25,229 nt of DNA from Dehalococcoidia bacterium (GTDB taxonomy: Bacteria > Chloroflexota > Dehalococcoidia > Tepidiformales > Tepidiformaceae), in contig SLAK01000082.1 of assembly GCA_007126855.1 (NCBI GenBank), positions 1 through 25,229 on the forward strand, in the 5' to 3' direction. Below are positions 7,727 through 16,369 of the stretch, one piece after another. Below the pieces are notes generated by a model that had not been told where the DNA came from, searched no databases, and saw only the letters and a program-made list of their open reading frames with translations. Position 1 is the stretch's first letter; the number at the start of each line of letters is the position of its first letter. The position numbers and the translations under genes are program-made.

Positions 7727-9019
7727 ATGACGTCGACGAACTCATCACCACAGGCCGAATCGAATGATGGCCGCAAAGGTTCGAAGCGGCTCAGCCGCCG
7801 GCGGCTCCTCGCAGGCGGCGCCGGGGCCACTGCAGCGTTCTTTGCGGCCCACGCGACCGGCGACTTCAGCATTCTGCGGGAGGCAGCGGCAAAGGGGGCG
7901 TTGCCGGCTCCGACATCAGCGCCCTTCATCTCGCTGAACGGCGACTTCGACGATGAGCCAATCGATCCTGCGGCAGTCATCGACGGCGCGGCTGGCTGGT
8001 TCCCGTCCATATACGGAGAGGGCGATGAACTGGGCACGCTCAACGAAATCACGCCGCAAAAAGTCATCGAGGCGCTCCAGATCATCAAGCCGAACAAGAA
8101 CAAGCCGCCTAAGGTCTACAACATGGGCGAAATCATGGAGCCGGGCATGCCTGCCTTCCCAGGCAGGGAGTACGTCCAGATACGCCAGGGGCCAGACTCA
8201 CCTGGTGCGCCCTTCGGCGACAACATGCTCATCGGCGCCGAGGAGCGCATCGAAACCACCTACCAGATCGCCACGCAGATCGACAACCTGAATCACATCG
8301 GTGTGGGCACCGGCACATCGGGCGGCGATCCGGATGGCGTTTGGTACAACGGCTTCCGCACCGGCGAGATGGTCGAGGACAACCCCCACGGGACGAACTT
8401 TCTGGGCCAGCACCTTGTCGACCCGTTCATCACGCGCGGCATCCTGCTGGATGTGCTTTCGGTGAAGATCGCTCAGGGGGCCGAGGAAGCGCTGAGTACG
8501 GTCGAGGAAGAAGATACGGTGATCCTGGAAGACACGTACCGGATCACCGTGGAGGATCTGCAGAACGCCATGGATTTCGGCGGCATCAAGGAGATCCGCC
8601 CGGGTGATATGGTCACCATCCGGACCGGATGGACCCACCTGTTCCGAACCGACGCGCCGCATCGCGCCCGCTACCTGGCCAACGAACCAGGACCCTACCT
8701 GCGTGAAGCTCGCTGGCTGGCGCAGTTCCGCCCATCGGTCGTGGCGAGCGACACCTGGGCCTGGGAGGTGCTCCCCACGCCAGATCCGACCCAAGTGTTC
8801 CCCGTCCACCAGGTGCTGATGACCCAGCATGGCATCCGCATCGGGGAAGCCTTTGTTTCTGAAGGTCTTGCGGAAGATGCGATCTACGAGTTCGTGTTCT
8901 TCTACACGGGCCAGCGGGCGAGGTGGGCGACGGCAGCAAATGTGGCGCCGGGCGCCATTGGCCAGTCAATGAAGGGGCCGGCGGAACCTGGCCGCGGTCG
9001 CGGCCGAGGTGCACGCTAG
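7727..9019 (+). CDS. Cyclase / kynurenine-formamidase-like metallohydrolase with Tat signal peptide
   Basis: SRRRLL followed by a hydrophobic stretch ending AAHA. Motifs GDELGTLNEIT, TQIDNLNH, TRGILLDV, GDMVTIRTGW, EPG, SDTW and VHQVL...IGE. SD AGGAGG precedes ATG. Confidence 0.85.
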   Translation: MTSTNSSPQAESNDGRKGSKRLSRRRLLAGGAGATAAFFAAHATGDFSILREAAAKGALPAPTSAPFISLNGDFDDEPIDPAAVIDGAAGWFPSIYGEGDELGTLNEITPQKVIEALQIIKPNKNKPPKVYNMGEIMEPGMPAFPGREYVQIRQGPDSPGAPFGDNMLIGAEERIETTYQIATQIDNLNHIGVGTGTSGGDPDGVWYNGFRTGEMVEDNPHGTNFLGQHLVDPFITRGILLDVLSVKIAQGAEEALSTVEEEDTVILEDTYRITVEDLQNAMDFGGIKEIRPGDMVTIRTGWTHLFRTDAPHRARYLANEPGPYLREARWLAQFRPSVVASDTWAWEVLPTPDPTQVFPVHQVLMTQHGIRIGEAFVSEGLAEDAIYEFVFFYTGQRARWATAANVAPGAIGQSMKGPAEPGRGRGRGAR

Positions 9020-9040
9020 GCACGGATTGCTTTCCGTTCA

Positions 9041-9075
9041 GAGCGCCCCGCCACCGGGCTGATGGCGGGGCGTTC
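9041..9075. terminator. 13-bp GC-rich stem-loop downstream of the cyclase gene (no U-tract)
   Basis: GAGCGCCCCGCCA-ccgggctga-TGGCGGGGCGTTC, with one G-U pair. Confidence 0.45.
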
Positions 9076-9161
9076 GGCTGTTGGCCCCTTGTGCGGGCGC
9101 CCCCGGTTTCCTGCTGGCTCATGGGCACTACACTACGCGGCAAAGGGATCGGGGGTGTGGC

Positions 9162-9578
9162 GTGCTGGAATTCACAGACGAAATGCGGGAAGCGATCCGC
9201 ATGGCACTGGACGAACGGGCCTTCTGCATCGTCGGCACTGCCGACCGGGAAGGCTGGGCAAACGTGAGCTACCGGGGAAGCGTGGCCGTGTACAGTGGTG
9301 ATACGCTGAGTTTCTGGAACCGCAACCGGACGCTGACGGTGACCAACATCGAAGAGAACCCGAAGGTGACGATCTTCTACCGCAACCGGCAGCGCGAGGC
9401 GAACTGGCGCTTTTTCGGGCATGCCCGCATTGCCACCGACCCCGACGAACGGCAGCGTGTGATCGAGGTGACGGACGACCGTGAACTGGCCGCCGACCCC
9501 GACTTGAAGGGCATCGGCGTGCTGGTGAAAGTGGAGCGCGTTATCGACCAGGCGGGCCGGGTTGTCCTGCAAGCCTGA
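9162..9578 (+). CDS. Pyridoxamine 5'-phosphate oxidase-like split-barrel flavin/deazaflavin-binding protein
   Basis: CIVGTADREGWANVSYRGS and NIEENPKVTIF. GTG 9162 follows GGGGGT. Confidence 0.8.
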   Translation: MLEFTDEMREAIRMALDERAFCIVGTADREGWANVSYRGSVAVYSGDTLSFWNRNRTLTVTNIEENPKVTIFYRNRQREANWRFFGHARIATDPDERQRVIEVTDDRELAADPDLKGIGVLVKVERVIDQAGRVVLQA

Positions 9579-9604
9579 CCGGGAGCCACAAGAGGAGGCG
9601 GAGG

Positions 9605-10408
9605 ATGTTTGACCTGGACGAACCACGAGCCACCGCGCTGATCACCGGGGCGTCATCCGGGATCGGCGCGGCATTTGCCCGGACGCTTGCGCGGCGCGGC
9701 TACGACCTGGTGCTGGTTGCCCGGCGCGAAGACCGGCTGCAGGCACTGGCAGATGAGTTACAACCCGGGCGTGACATCCGCATCGAGACTCTGAGGGCAG
9801 ATCTGGCCAAACCGGATGACCTGGAACGGGTGACCAACCGCATCGCCATGGGCGGGATGAACCTGGTGGTGAACAACGCGGGCGTGGGCGCCTACGGTGC
9901 GTTTGCGGAGCTGCCGCTGGAGCGCCAGCTTTCGATGATCGACCTGAACGTGCGCGCTCTGACCGCGGTGGCGCACGCGGCGCTGCGCTCGATGCAGGAG
10001 CGGCAGCGCGGGGCAATTATCAATGTGGCTTCGACCGTGGCTTTCCAGCCGGGGCCCTATATGGCCACTTATGCGGCGACGAAATCCTACGTGCTGAGTT
10101 TCACCGAATCGCTTCACGAAGAGGCACGGCCGCACAACGTGACCGTGACCTGCCTGTGCCCCGGCCCGGTGCACACCGAGTTCCAGGACATCGCCGGGTT
10201 CGACATGGAGGAATGGCCGTCGTTCATGTTCGAGCCGGTGGAGCGCGTCGTTTCGGAAGCGCTGGACGCGGTGCGGGCCCGGCGAGCGCTGGTGGTGCCC
10301 GGCGTCGCCCCGAAAGCGGCAATGGTTGGCAACCGCCTGGTGCCCCGGTTCGTCCCCCGCAGGATTGCAGCACTGCTGTTCCAGCCGGAGGAAGACAAAA
10401 CCGCCTGA
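9605..10408 (+). CDS. Short-chain dehydrogenase/reductase (SDR)
   Basis: TGASSGIG, NNAG, catalytic YAATK and LCPGPV. SD GAGGAGG. Confidence 0.94.
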   Translation: MFDLDEPRATALITGASSGIGAAFARTLARRGYDLVLVARREDRLQALADELQPGRDIRIETLRADLAKPDDLERVTNRIAMGGMNLVVNNAGVGAYGAFAELPLERQLSMIDLNVRALTAVAHAALRSMQERQRGAIINVASTVAFQPGPYMATYAATKSYVLSFTESLHEEARPHNVTVTCLCPGPVHTEFQDIAGFDMEEWPSFMFEPVERVVSEALDAVRARRALVVPGVAPKAAMVGNRLVPRFVPRRIAALLFQPEEDKTA

Positions 10409-10467
10409 TGGTGGCCGCGGCCGCCTGAGCGCGTATCCTCACGCCAACACGGCATGAGGTGATGGCG

Positions 10468-11502
10468 ATGGCGCAATCCATCGAGGACTACAGGCTTACG
10501 ACGCAGATCCGGAGCCAGGGCGACGCGGTCGAACGGCTGCTTGGCGCACCGGAACCGGTGGAGATTGCGGCAGAGACGCTCGCAAGCGCGGACATCGTCT
10601 ACACAGTGGGCACGGGGACATCGACCAACGCGGCACGCACGGCGGGCTACATGTTGCGCGCCGCCGGGCTGCGCGCGGCCGAGTGGGCGGCACACGATTT
10701 CGTCTGCTACGGACCCGATCTGCGGAGCGCCGACGCCGTCCTGGTGTTCAGCCACAGTGGGCAGAAGCAGTTTTCGGTGGATGCCATCGCGCGCAGCACC
10801 GCGGCGGGAGCTCCGACGGTGTGGATCGCCGGCCAGGACGCAACGGGACCCGATGCCACAGTGATGCTGCGGACCGTGCCACGGGAGACGTCGGCGGCGT
10901 TCACGGTATCGCACACGGGCGCCATGACGCTGACAGCGCGCATCGCCGACCATATCCGGCCGGGAGCGGTCGGAGACCTCGCGGCGCTGCCCGGCGCGGT
11001 GCGGTCAGCAATCGCCACTGAGCGACAGGCCGGCGAGCTGGCGCGGCGCTGGCAGGGTTTTGGCGCAATGGTCGGCATCGGTGCGGGCCCGCACGAGGTC
11101 AGCGCGCACGAGGTGGCAATCAAGGTGAACGAAGCAGCCCGGCTGCGCGCGAAGGGCTATGCGGCAGAGCAATTCCTGCATGGGCCGCAGGCGCAAATGC
11201 AGCCGGGCGACCCAATGCTCGTGTTCGCCGGACCCGGGGAGGCGCTGGAGCGCACGCGGATAGTGGCACGTTTCGGGCTGGATGTCGGCGCGCCGGTCTG
11301 CTGGATAGCGCCGGAACACGGCCCGGATGGCGTGGACTGGATCGAGGTGCCGGATGTGGGCGAGCAGCTTGCGCCGACCGTGGAGATCATCCCGGCGCAA
11401 TGGCTGGCGTGCCATCTCGCGGCGCTGGAAGGCGTGGATGCGGACAATTTCCGGCTCGACGATCCGCCCTTCAAGCAGGCCTTCGAACGCTACAAGCTCT
11501 GA
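10468..11502 (+). CDS. Two-SIS-domain sugar-phosphate isomerase/deaminase-like protein (GlmS C-terminal-like, no glutaminase domain)
   Basis: VGTGTSTNAA, FSHSG, VSHT, HEVAIKVNE and EQFLHGP. SD GAGGTG at 10456-10461 favours ATG 10468 (alternatives 10459 and 10462). Confidence 0.82.
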   Translation: MAQSIEDYRLTTQIRSQGDAVERLLGAPEPVEIAAETLASADIVYTVGTGTSTNAARTAGYMLRAAGLRAAEWAAHDFVCYGPDLRSADAVLVFSHSGQKQFSVDAIARSTAAGAPTVWIAGQDATGPDATVMLRTVPRETSAAFTVSHTGAMTLTARIADHIRPGAVGDLAALPGAVRSAIATERQAGELARRWQGFGAMVGIGAGPHEVSAHEVAIKVNEAARLRAKGYAAEQFLHGPQAQMQPGDPMLVFAGPGEALERTRIVARFGLDVGAPVCWIAPEHGPDGVDWIEVPDVGEQLAPTVEIIPAQWLACHLAALEGVDADNFRLDDPPFKQAFERYKL

Positions 11503-11591
11503 TGGCGCAATGGCTCACGCCACATCGCGTTTGCTGCGTGTAGACTATCCAAAGCATTGGCGACGCCATTCGATAGAGGAGCAGAGGGACG

Positions 11592-12173
11592 ATGGGCCTG
11601 AAACCCCGCGACAACAAGGAATTCGAACTGCGCGGCATCAATCACCTGGCGCTGGTTTGCCGCGACATGGAAGAGACGGTCGACTTCTACACCAACGCGC
11701 TCGGAATGCCGCTGGTAAAGACGATCGAACTGCCCGGCAACATGGGCCAGCACTTCTTCTTCGACTGCGGAAACGGCGATTCGCTGGCCTTCTTCTGGTT
11801 CCCGGACGCGCCGGAGCGGGCGCCGGGCGTCGCGTCGCCTGCGGGCGCGCCGGGGCCGGGCTCGGAAATCACCACGGCGCACGGTTCGATGAACCACGTG
11901 GCCTTCGACGTGGACCCGCACCAGATGGAGGAGTACCGCCAGAAGCTGGTGGAGAAGGGCATCGAGGTCACGGCCATCCTGAACCACGATGACAGCCCGC
12001 GGCAGATCTCGAAGGAATGGACGGACGACGTCTTCGTGCGCTCCATGTATTTCATGGACCCGAACGGGATCCTGCTCGAGTTCGCCGCATGGACGCGCGA
12101 GCTGAACGAATCCGACGTGCAGCACAAGCCCGCCCGGGCCGCTGACCGGGACACCTATCTTCAGCCTGCCTGA
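11592..12173 (+). CDS. VOC / glyoxalase-bleomycin resistance family protein
   Basis: GINHLALVC...FYTNALGM, NHVAF and SMYFMDPNGILLEF. Confidence 0.9.
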   Translation: MGLKPRDNKEFELRGINHLALVCRDMEETVDFYTNALGMPLVKTIELPGNMGQHFFFDCGNGDSLAFFWFPDAPERAPGVASPAGAPGPGSEITTAHGSMNHVAFDVDPHQMEEYRQKLVEKGIEVTAILNHDDSPRQISKEWTDDVFVRSMYFMDPNGILLEFAAWTRELNESDVQHKPARAADRDTYLQPA

Positions 12174-12179
12174 CTTCCG

Positions 12180-12194
12180 GGGGCTTTCGGCCCC
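12180..12194 (+). terminator. Short hairpin after the VOC gene
   Basis: GGGGC-TTTCG-GCCCC, 7 nt after the stop, with no U-tract. Confidence 0.3.
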
Positions 12195-12265
12195 GCAGCC
12201 GCGCCTTGTACGGCCTGCCGCAGAGCGCGCGCCCGTGGTAGGGTTTTGCGCGAGAGGTTAGCCCT

Positions 12266-12736
12266 GTGTTCGAAACGATCCTGGTGCCGCTGGATGGCAC
12301 GCCCGATGCCGAGAAAGCGCTCGACGCCGTCAAGGCGATCGACACGCAGTTCGAATCCGACGTGCGCCTGTTGCTCGTCTCCCCGACCGAAAGTGCGCTG
12401 CTGGCGACGCTGGCGGAGGGCTTTGGCGCGGGCGGCAGCGTCGCCGCCGCGATGGAAAAGGGGCGCACGCTGTATGAGATCGGCAGCGCCTACCTGGAGT
12501 CGATCCGCGACAATTCCGGCGACCCGTCCTGGGAGCTCGAAGTCCGTCCCGGCGAGCCTCACCGTACGATCGTTGAGGTGGCGGACGAGATCAACGCCGA
12601 CCTGATCATCATGGCCTCGCACACACGCACGGGGCTGAGCCGGATCCTGATGGGCAGCGTGGCGGAGGATGTCCTGCGGCACGCGCACCGGCCTGTGCTG
12701 GTGGTGCCTGTGGGGCACGGAGCCAAGAAGCCTTAG
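12266..12736 (+). CDS. Universal stress protein (USP)
   Basis: MFETILVPLDG and ADLIIMASHTRTGLSRILMGSVAEDVLRHAHRPVLVV. Candidate extended -10 TGGTAGGGT at 12236-12244. Confidence 0.93.
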   Translation: MFETILVPLDGTPDAEKALDAVKAIDTQFESDVRLLLVSPTESALLATLAEGFGAGGSVAAAMEKGRTLYEIGSAYLESIRDNSGDPSWELEVRPGEPHRTIVEVADEINADLIIMASHTRTGLSRILMGSVAEDVLRHAHRPVLVVPVGHGAKKP

Positions 12737-13323
12737 AGGCCCTGTTTCGGCGGCCAGACGCTGAATTCGACCGCGTCGAGCCAGCGGTGGAGTTCGGGAT
12801 CCTCTTTGCGTTCGGGCAGGGCGCGCAGCATGTCCAGCGCATGCGCGGGCTCGTGCGTGGCCCACGCAACAAGGTAGGCGCCGAAGTTGATGTCCTGTGG
12901 TGACCGGTTCGCGTCGCCCGGGAACGGGATGTCTGAATTCAGCACTTCGTCCGGGAATTCGGCGATGACCTGGAGCAGCTCATCGCGGAGCAGCCGTCCG
13001 TCTTCAACGATCTGCTCGACAGGCAGGTCACGGCGGCGCGCAACCTGGCGGTTGTTCCATGCGTCGATGTCGAAGCCGGGGCGTTCTTCTGGCTTTTCCT
13101 GCGGATCCTGTGCCGCGGCCGGCGCTTTGCCCGCAAGCGAGCGGAACCATTCGCGGACGGTCAGGTCGATGCTCGCGATGTGGCTGACGAAGTCCTTCAC
13201 GATCCAATCGGAGCCGGGAACCGGGCGCTTTAGGTCCTCTTCGGAGAGCGAGAGGGCAAAGCTGTCGAAGCGGTCGCGATGATTGCGGACAGCCTCGATG
13301 AGCGGGACGACGCGAGGGTTCAT
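12733..13323 (-). CDS. DinB / MDMPI (maleylpyruvate isomerase N-terminal-like) superfamily protein
   Basis: WIVKDFVSHIAS, DIDAWN-like FDIDAWNNRQV, and HEPAHALD (His triad pattern). Its ATG overlaps the stop of the upstream gene. Confidence 0.78.
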   Translation of the reverse strand: MNPRVVPLIEAVRNHRDRFDSFALSLSEEDLKRPVPGSDWIVKDFVSHIASIDLTVREWFRSLAGKAPAAAQDPQEKPEERPGFDIDAWNNRQVARRRDLPVEQIVEDGRLLRDELLQVIAEFPDEVLNSDIPFPGDANRSPQDINFGAYLVAWATHEPAHALDMLRALPERKEDPELHRWLDAVEFSVWPPKQGL

Positions 13324-13673
13324 TTGCGGCTGGAACCGTTGTCAGGCGAGCCCGGGAAGATGTGGCGCTCGGCTTCGCGGATGGCCTCTTCCTGCTCACG
13401 CCGCTCGCGTTCGTGCAGCACTTCGGCGCAATGGCGGCAGGCGCGCTCGGTGCCGAAGATTCGCATGAAGAGGTGGAGGTTGTGCCGGCCGCAGAGTGGG
13501 CCCTCGGTCCCCGCCGGGGAACGGTACTCGGAGGGTTCGCGCCAGTTGACTTCGATCACCGGTTCCTGCTCGCGGCGCACCTGCGCGGCGGCGCGCTGGC
13601 TCATGAGCACCCGAATGAAGAACCACATGAATCCCCACGCAGCGGGGATGGCCAGGAACAGCAACGTCCGCAT
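13320..13673 (-). CDS. Hypothetical small membrane-anchored protein with CxxH...CxxC motif
   Basis: N-terminal hydrophobic helix, LCGRH and CRHC, charged C-terminal helix. It sits between two co-oriented genes, with an 10-bp gap upstream and a 4-bp overlap downstream. Confidence 0.72.
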   Translation of the reverse strand: MRTLLFLAIPAAWGFMWFFIRVLMSQRAAAQVRREQEPVIEVNWREPSEYRSPAGTEGPLCGRHNLHLFMRIFGTERACRHCAEVLHERERREQEEAIREAERHIFPGSPDNGSSRK

Positions 13674-13683
13674 GGCTTAGATC

Positions 13684-15108
13684 CTACGCGGTTTTATTGT
13701 GCCCTGTCGCGCCCGGCATTTCACGCGAAGCTCCGAATATGACGCCGGGATTGAGGATACCGGCGGGGTCGAGGGCGCGCTTCAGGGCCTGCATGGCGGC
13801 GATGTCTGCGGCCGAGCGGGTAAGGTGGAGCCACGGCGCTTTGGCGATGCCGATGCCGTGCTCGGCGCTGATGCTGCCACCCTTGCTTGCCACGAGCCGG
13901 AGGACGGCATCAGTCGCACGGTCGTCGCCGGGTTCCGGGCCAAGAATATTCACGTGCAGGTTGCCATCGCCCAGGTGGCCGAAGAGGATCGGCCGGGCGG
14001 CGGGCACCGCTGCGCGCACGCGGTCGCGGACGGTCGCCTCGAATTCCGGGAGCGCCGGGAGCGGCAGGGTGACATCGAGCTTATGCGGGATGCCTTCGGC
14101 GTTGATGGACTCGGTATGGGCTTCGCGGTAGCGCCAGAGGGCCCGTCTCGAAGGGGCATCAACGGCGAAGGCGCTATCGCGGACCTCCGGGCACTGTGCC
14201 AGGGCCTCCGCCAGGGTTGTGGAGGGGTCGGATTGCGCGGCGCACTCGATGAGCAGGTAGCACCCGGGGGACTCGGCGAAGGGCGGCTGGATGCCGGTGT
14301 GCCGGCAGACCAGCTCGACGCCCTCGTGGAAGAAGGCTTCGGCGGCGTCCAGGATACCCGCGAGCAGGGGGCGGACCCGCTGGAGCACGGCGAGCGCAGC
14401 ATCCGTGTCATCCATCGCCAGCAGCGCAGTGGCGCGGGCCGGCGTGGCGGGCGCGAGCTGCAGCCGGGCCCGTGTGACCACCGCCAGGGTGCCTTCGCTG
14501 CCGGCGAAGAGCTGCGGCAGCTCGTATCCGGTGTTGTCCTTGGTCAGGCCGGACATGCGGGAGACGGTGCTGCCATCGGCGAGGACGGCTTCGACGCCGC
14601 TGAGGCGCGCACGGGTGGCGCCATAGCGCAGCACGCGGATACCGCCGGCGTTCGTGGCGATGGTGCCGCCAACGGTGGCAGAGTCGCGCGAGGCAAGGTC
14701 CACCGGATACTGGAGGCCGGCGGCCGCGGCGTGTTCCTGAAGCTGCGTGATCGTCACACCCGCGCCGGCGGTGACCTGCGCGGCCACCGGGTCGACCGCT
14801 TCGAGGCCGGCGAGCCGTGCGAGGCTGAGCACAACCTCGCCGTTGCGGGGCACGCTCCCGCCCACGAGTCCGGTGTTGCCGCCCTGGGGGACGAGCGGGA
14901 CGCCCGCGTGGTTGCATGCGCTGAGCACCTCGGCAACCTCATCCGTCGAGCCCGGCCGGACGACCGCTGCCGCGCGGCCGGTGAAACGGCGCGTCCAGTC
15001 GACTTCGTAGGACGCAAGCAGCTCGGGATCGTCGATGACGTGCTCGTCACCGGCGGCGGCTCGGAGGTCGCGGAGGAGACGTGGTGGAAGCGCGGGGCGT
15101 GCGGTCAC
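13684..15108 (-). CDS. FAD-binding oxidoreductase (D-2-hydroxyglutarate/D-lactate dehydrogenase-like, FAD_binding_4 + FAD-oxidase_C)
   Basis: PQGGNTGLVGG, GGTIATNAGG, KDNTGY, GSEGTLAVVT, GHLGDGNLH, SAEHGIG and LDPAGILNPG. Start GTG 15108 rather than 15258. Confidence 0.92.
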   Translation of the reverse strand: MTARPALPPRLLRDLRAAAGDEHVIDDPELLASYEVDWTRRFTGRAAAVVRPGSTDEVAEVLSACNHAGVPLVPQGGNTGLVGGSVPRNGEVVLSLARLAGLEAVDPVAAQVTAGAGVTITQLQEHAAAAGLQYPVDLASRDSATVGGTIATNAGGIRVLRYGATRARLSGVEAVLADGSTVSRMSGLTKDNTGYELPQLFAGSEGTLAVVTRARLQLAPATPARATALLAMDDTDAALAVLQRVRPLLAGILDAAEAFFHEGVELVCRHTGIQPPFAESPGCYLLIECAAQSDPSTTLAEALAQCPEVRDSAFAVDAPSRRALWRYREAHTESINAEGIPHKLDVTLPLPALPEFEATVRDRVRAAVPAARPILFGHLGDGNLHVNILGPEPGDDRATDAVLRLVASKGGSISAEHGIGIAKAPWLHLTRSAADIAAMQALKRALDPAGILNPGVIFGASREMPGATGHNKTA

Positions 15109-15251
15109 CCTGCGATTGTTACGAGCCGGACGGGAGATGACAATCGGTCCGGGTGGCGAAAAGCGGACAAGCTGTCGCGCGACGGAGCGCAGGGCTATCC
15201 TAGAGGTACATGGCTGCGGACGTTGACGCAGCAAAAACCGGTGGAGAGACC

Positions 15252-16136
15252 ATGGCACAGACAGGTACGTGGGCAGTCAAGGTAGGACTGGCTCAAATGT
15301 TGAAGGGTGGCGTCATCATGGACGTGGTGACGCCGGAGCAAGCAAAGATCGCCGAGGAAGCGGGCGCCTGCTCAGTGATGGCGCTGGAGCGCGTCCCGGC
15401 GGACATCCGGCGCGACGGCGGCGTTGCCCGCATGAGCGACCCGGACATGGTGAAGGACATTGTCGAGGCCGTCAGCATCCCCGTGATGGCGAAGGTGCGC
15501 ATCGGGCACTTCGTCGAGGCGGAGGTGCTGCAGGCGCTCGGCATCGACTACATCGACGAATCGGAAGTGCTGACGCCGGCGGACGAAAAGCACCACATCG
15601 ACAAGCACCAGTTCACGGTGCCCTTTGTGTGCGGCTGCCGCGACCTTGGCGAAGCGCTGCGGCGTATCGGCGAAGGAGCGGCGATGATCCGCACGAAGGG
15701 CGAAGCCGGCACGGGCGACATCGTGGAGGCGGTGCGCCACATGCGTAGCGTGCAGTCCGAAATCCGCCGCCTGCAGACGATGGCGGACGACGAGATCTAC
15801 ACCTACGCGAAGGAGATCGGCGCGCCGCTGGAGCTGGTGAAGCGCGTGAAGGACGAAGGCCGGCTGCCGGTTGTGAACTTTGCGGCAGGCGGGGTTGCGA
15901 CCCCGGCGGACGCGGCGCTGATGATGCGGCTGGGCGCCGACGGCGTGTTCGTCGGCTCGGGTATTTTCAAGTCCGAGAACCCGCCGGCGGTGGCGAAGGC
16001 CATCGTCGAGGCCACGACGCACTACCAGGACGCGGAAGTCATCGCGCGGGTCAGCGCGGGCCTGGGCAAGGCGATGGCGGGCATCTCAGTGGGTACGCTC
16101 GAAGACCGGGAGTTGCTCGCGACGCGCGGCTGGTAG
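15252..16136 (+). CDS. pdxS: Pyridoxal 5'-phosphate synthase lyase subunit
   Basis: [71 protein letters not shown] and terminal RGW. SD GGAGAG precedes ATG 15252. Confidence 0.97.
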   Translation: MAQTGTWAVKVGLAQMLKGGVIMDVVTPEQAKIAEEAGACSVMALERVPADIRRDGGVARMSDPDMVKDIVEAVSIPVMAKVRIGHFVEAEVLQALGIDYIDESEVLTPADEKHHIDKHQFTVPFVCGCRDLGEALRRIGEGAAMIRTKGEAGTGDIVEAVRHMRSVQSEIRRLQTMADDEIYTYAKEIGAPLELVKRVKDEGRLPVVNFAAGGVATPADAALMMRLGADGVFVGSGIFKSENPPAVAKAIVEATTHYQDAEVIARVSAGLGKAMAGISVGTLEDRELLATRGW

Positions 16137-16163
16137 GCGATAGCCATTCAAGCCAACAGAAAG

Positions 16164-16190
16164 AAAGGGGCCGGCATTGCCGGCCCTTTT
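16164..16190. terminator. Bidirectional intrinsic terminator between pdxS and the convergent small gene
   Basis: AAAG-GGGCCGGC-ATT-GCCGGCCC-TTTT, with an A-rich run upstream. Confidence 0.8.
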
Positions 16191-16210
16191 CAGTTGAGCG
16201 GCGAGCTACG

Positions 16211-16369
16211 TCAGTAACGTCTGCCGAAGCCACCCGAAATCACGTTGATCAGCAGCGTGATGACGGCGAGCACGAGCAGCAGCCAGATCCAGGCGCCAAG
16301 GTTCACTGCGAAGCCAAGGACCCAGAGGACGACGAGGATGATGGTGATGAGCCAAAGCAACCCAACCAT
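16211..16369 (-). CDS. 52-aa lmo0937-like (DUF5670-type) small membrane protein, absent from the ORF track
   Basis: MVGLLWLITIILVVLWVLGFAVNLGAWIWLLLVLAVITLLINVISGGFGRRY*. Strong SD AAGGAGG directly upstream, two hydrophobic helices and a basic tail. Confidence 0.85.
   Translation of the reverse strand: MVGLLWLITIILVVLWVLGFAVNLGAWIWLLLVLAVITLLINVISGGFGRRY

Noticed and set aside
13699-15285. 528-aa plus-strand ORF
   Set aside because: It is an antisense shadow of the FAD oxidoreductase in a high-GC genome and has no motifs.
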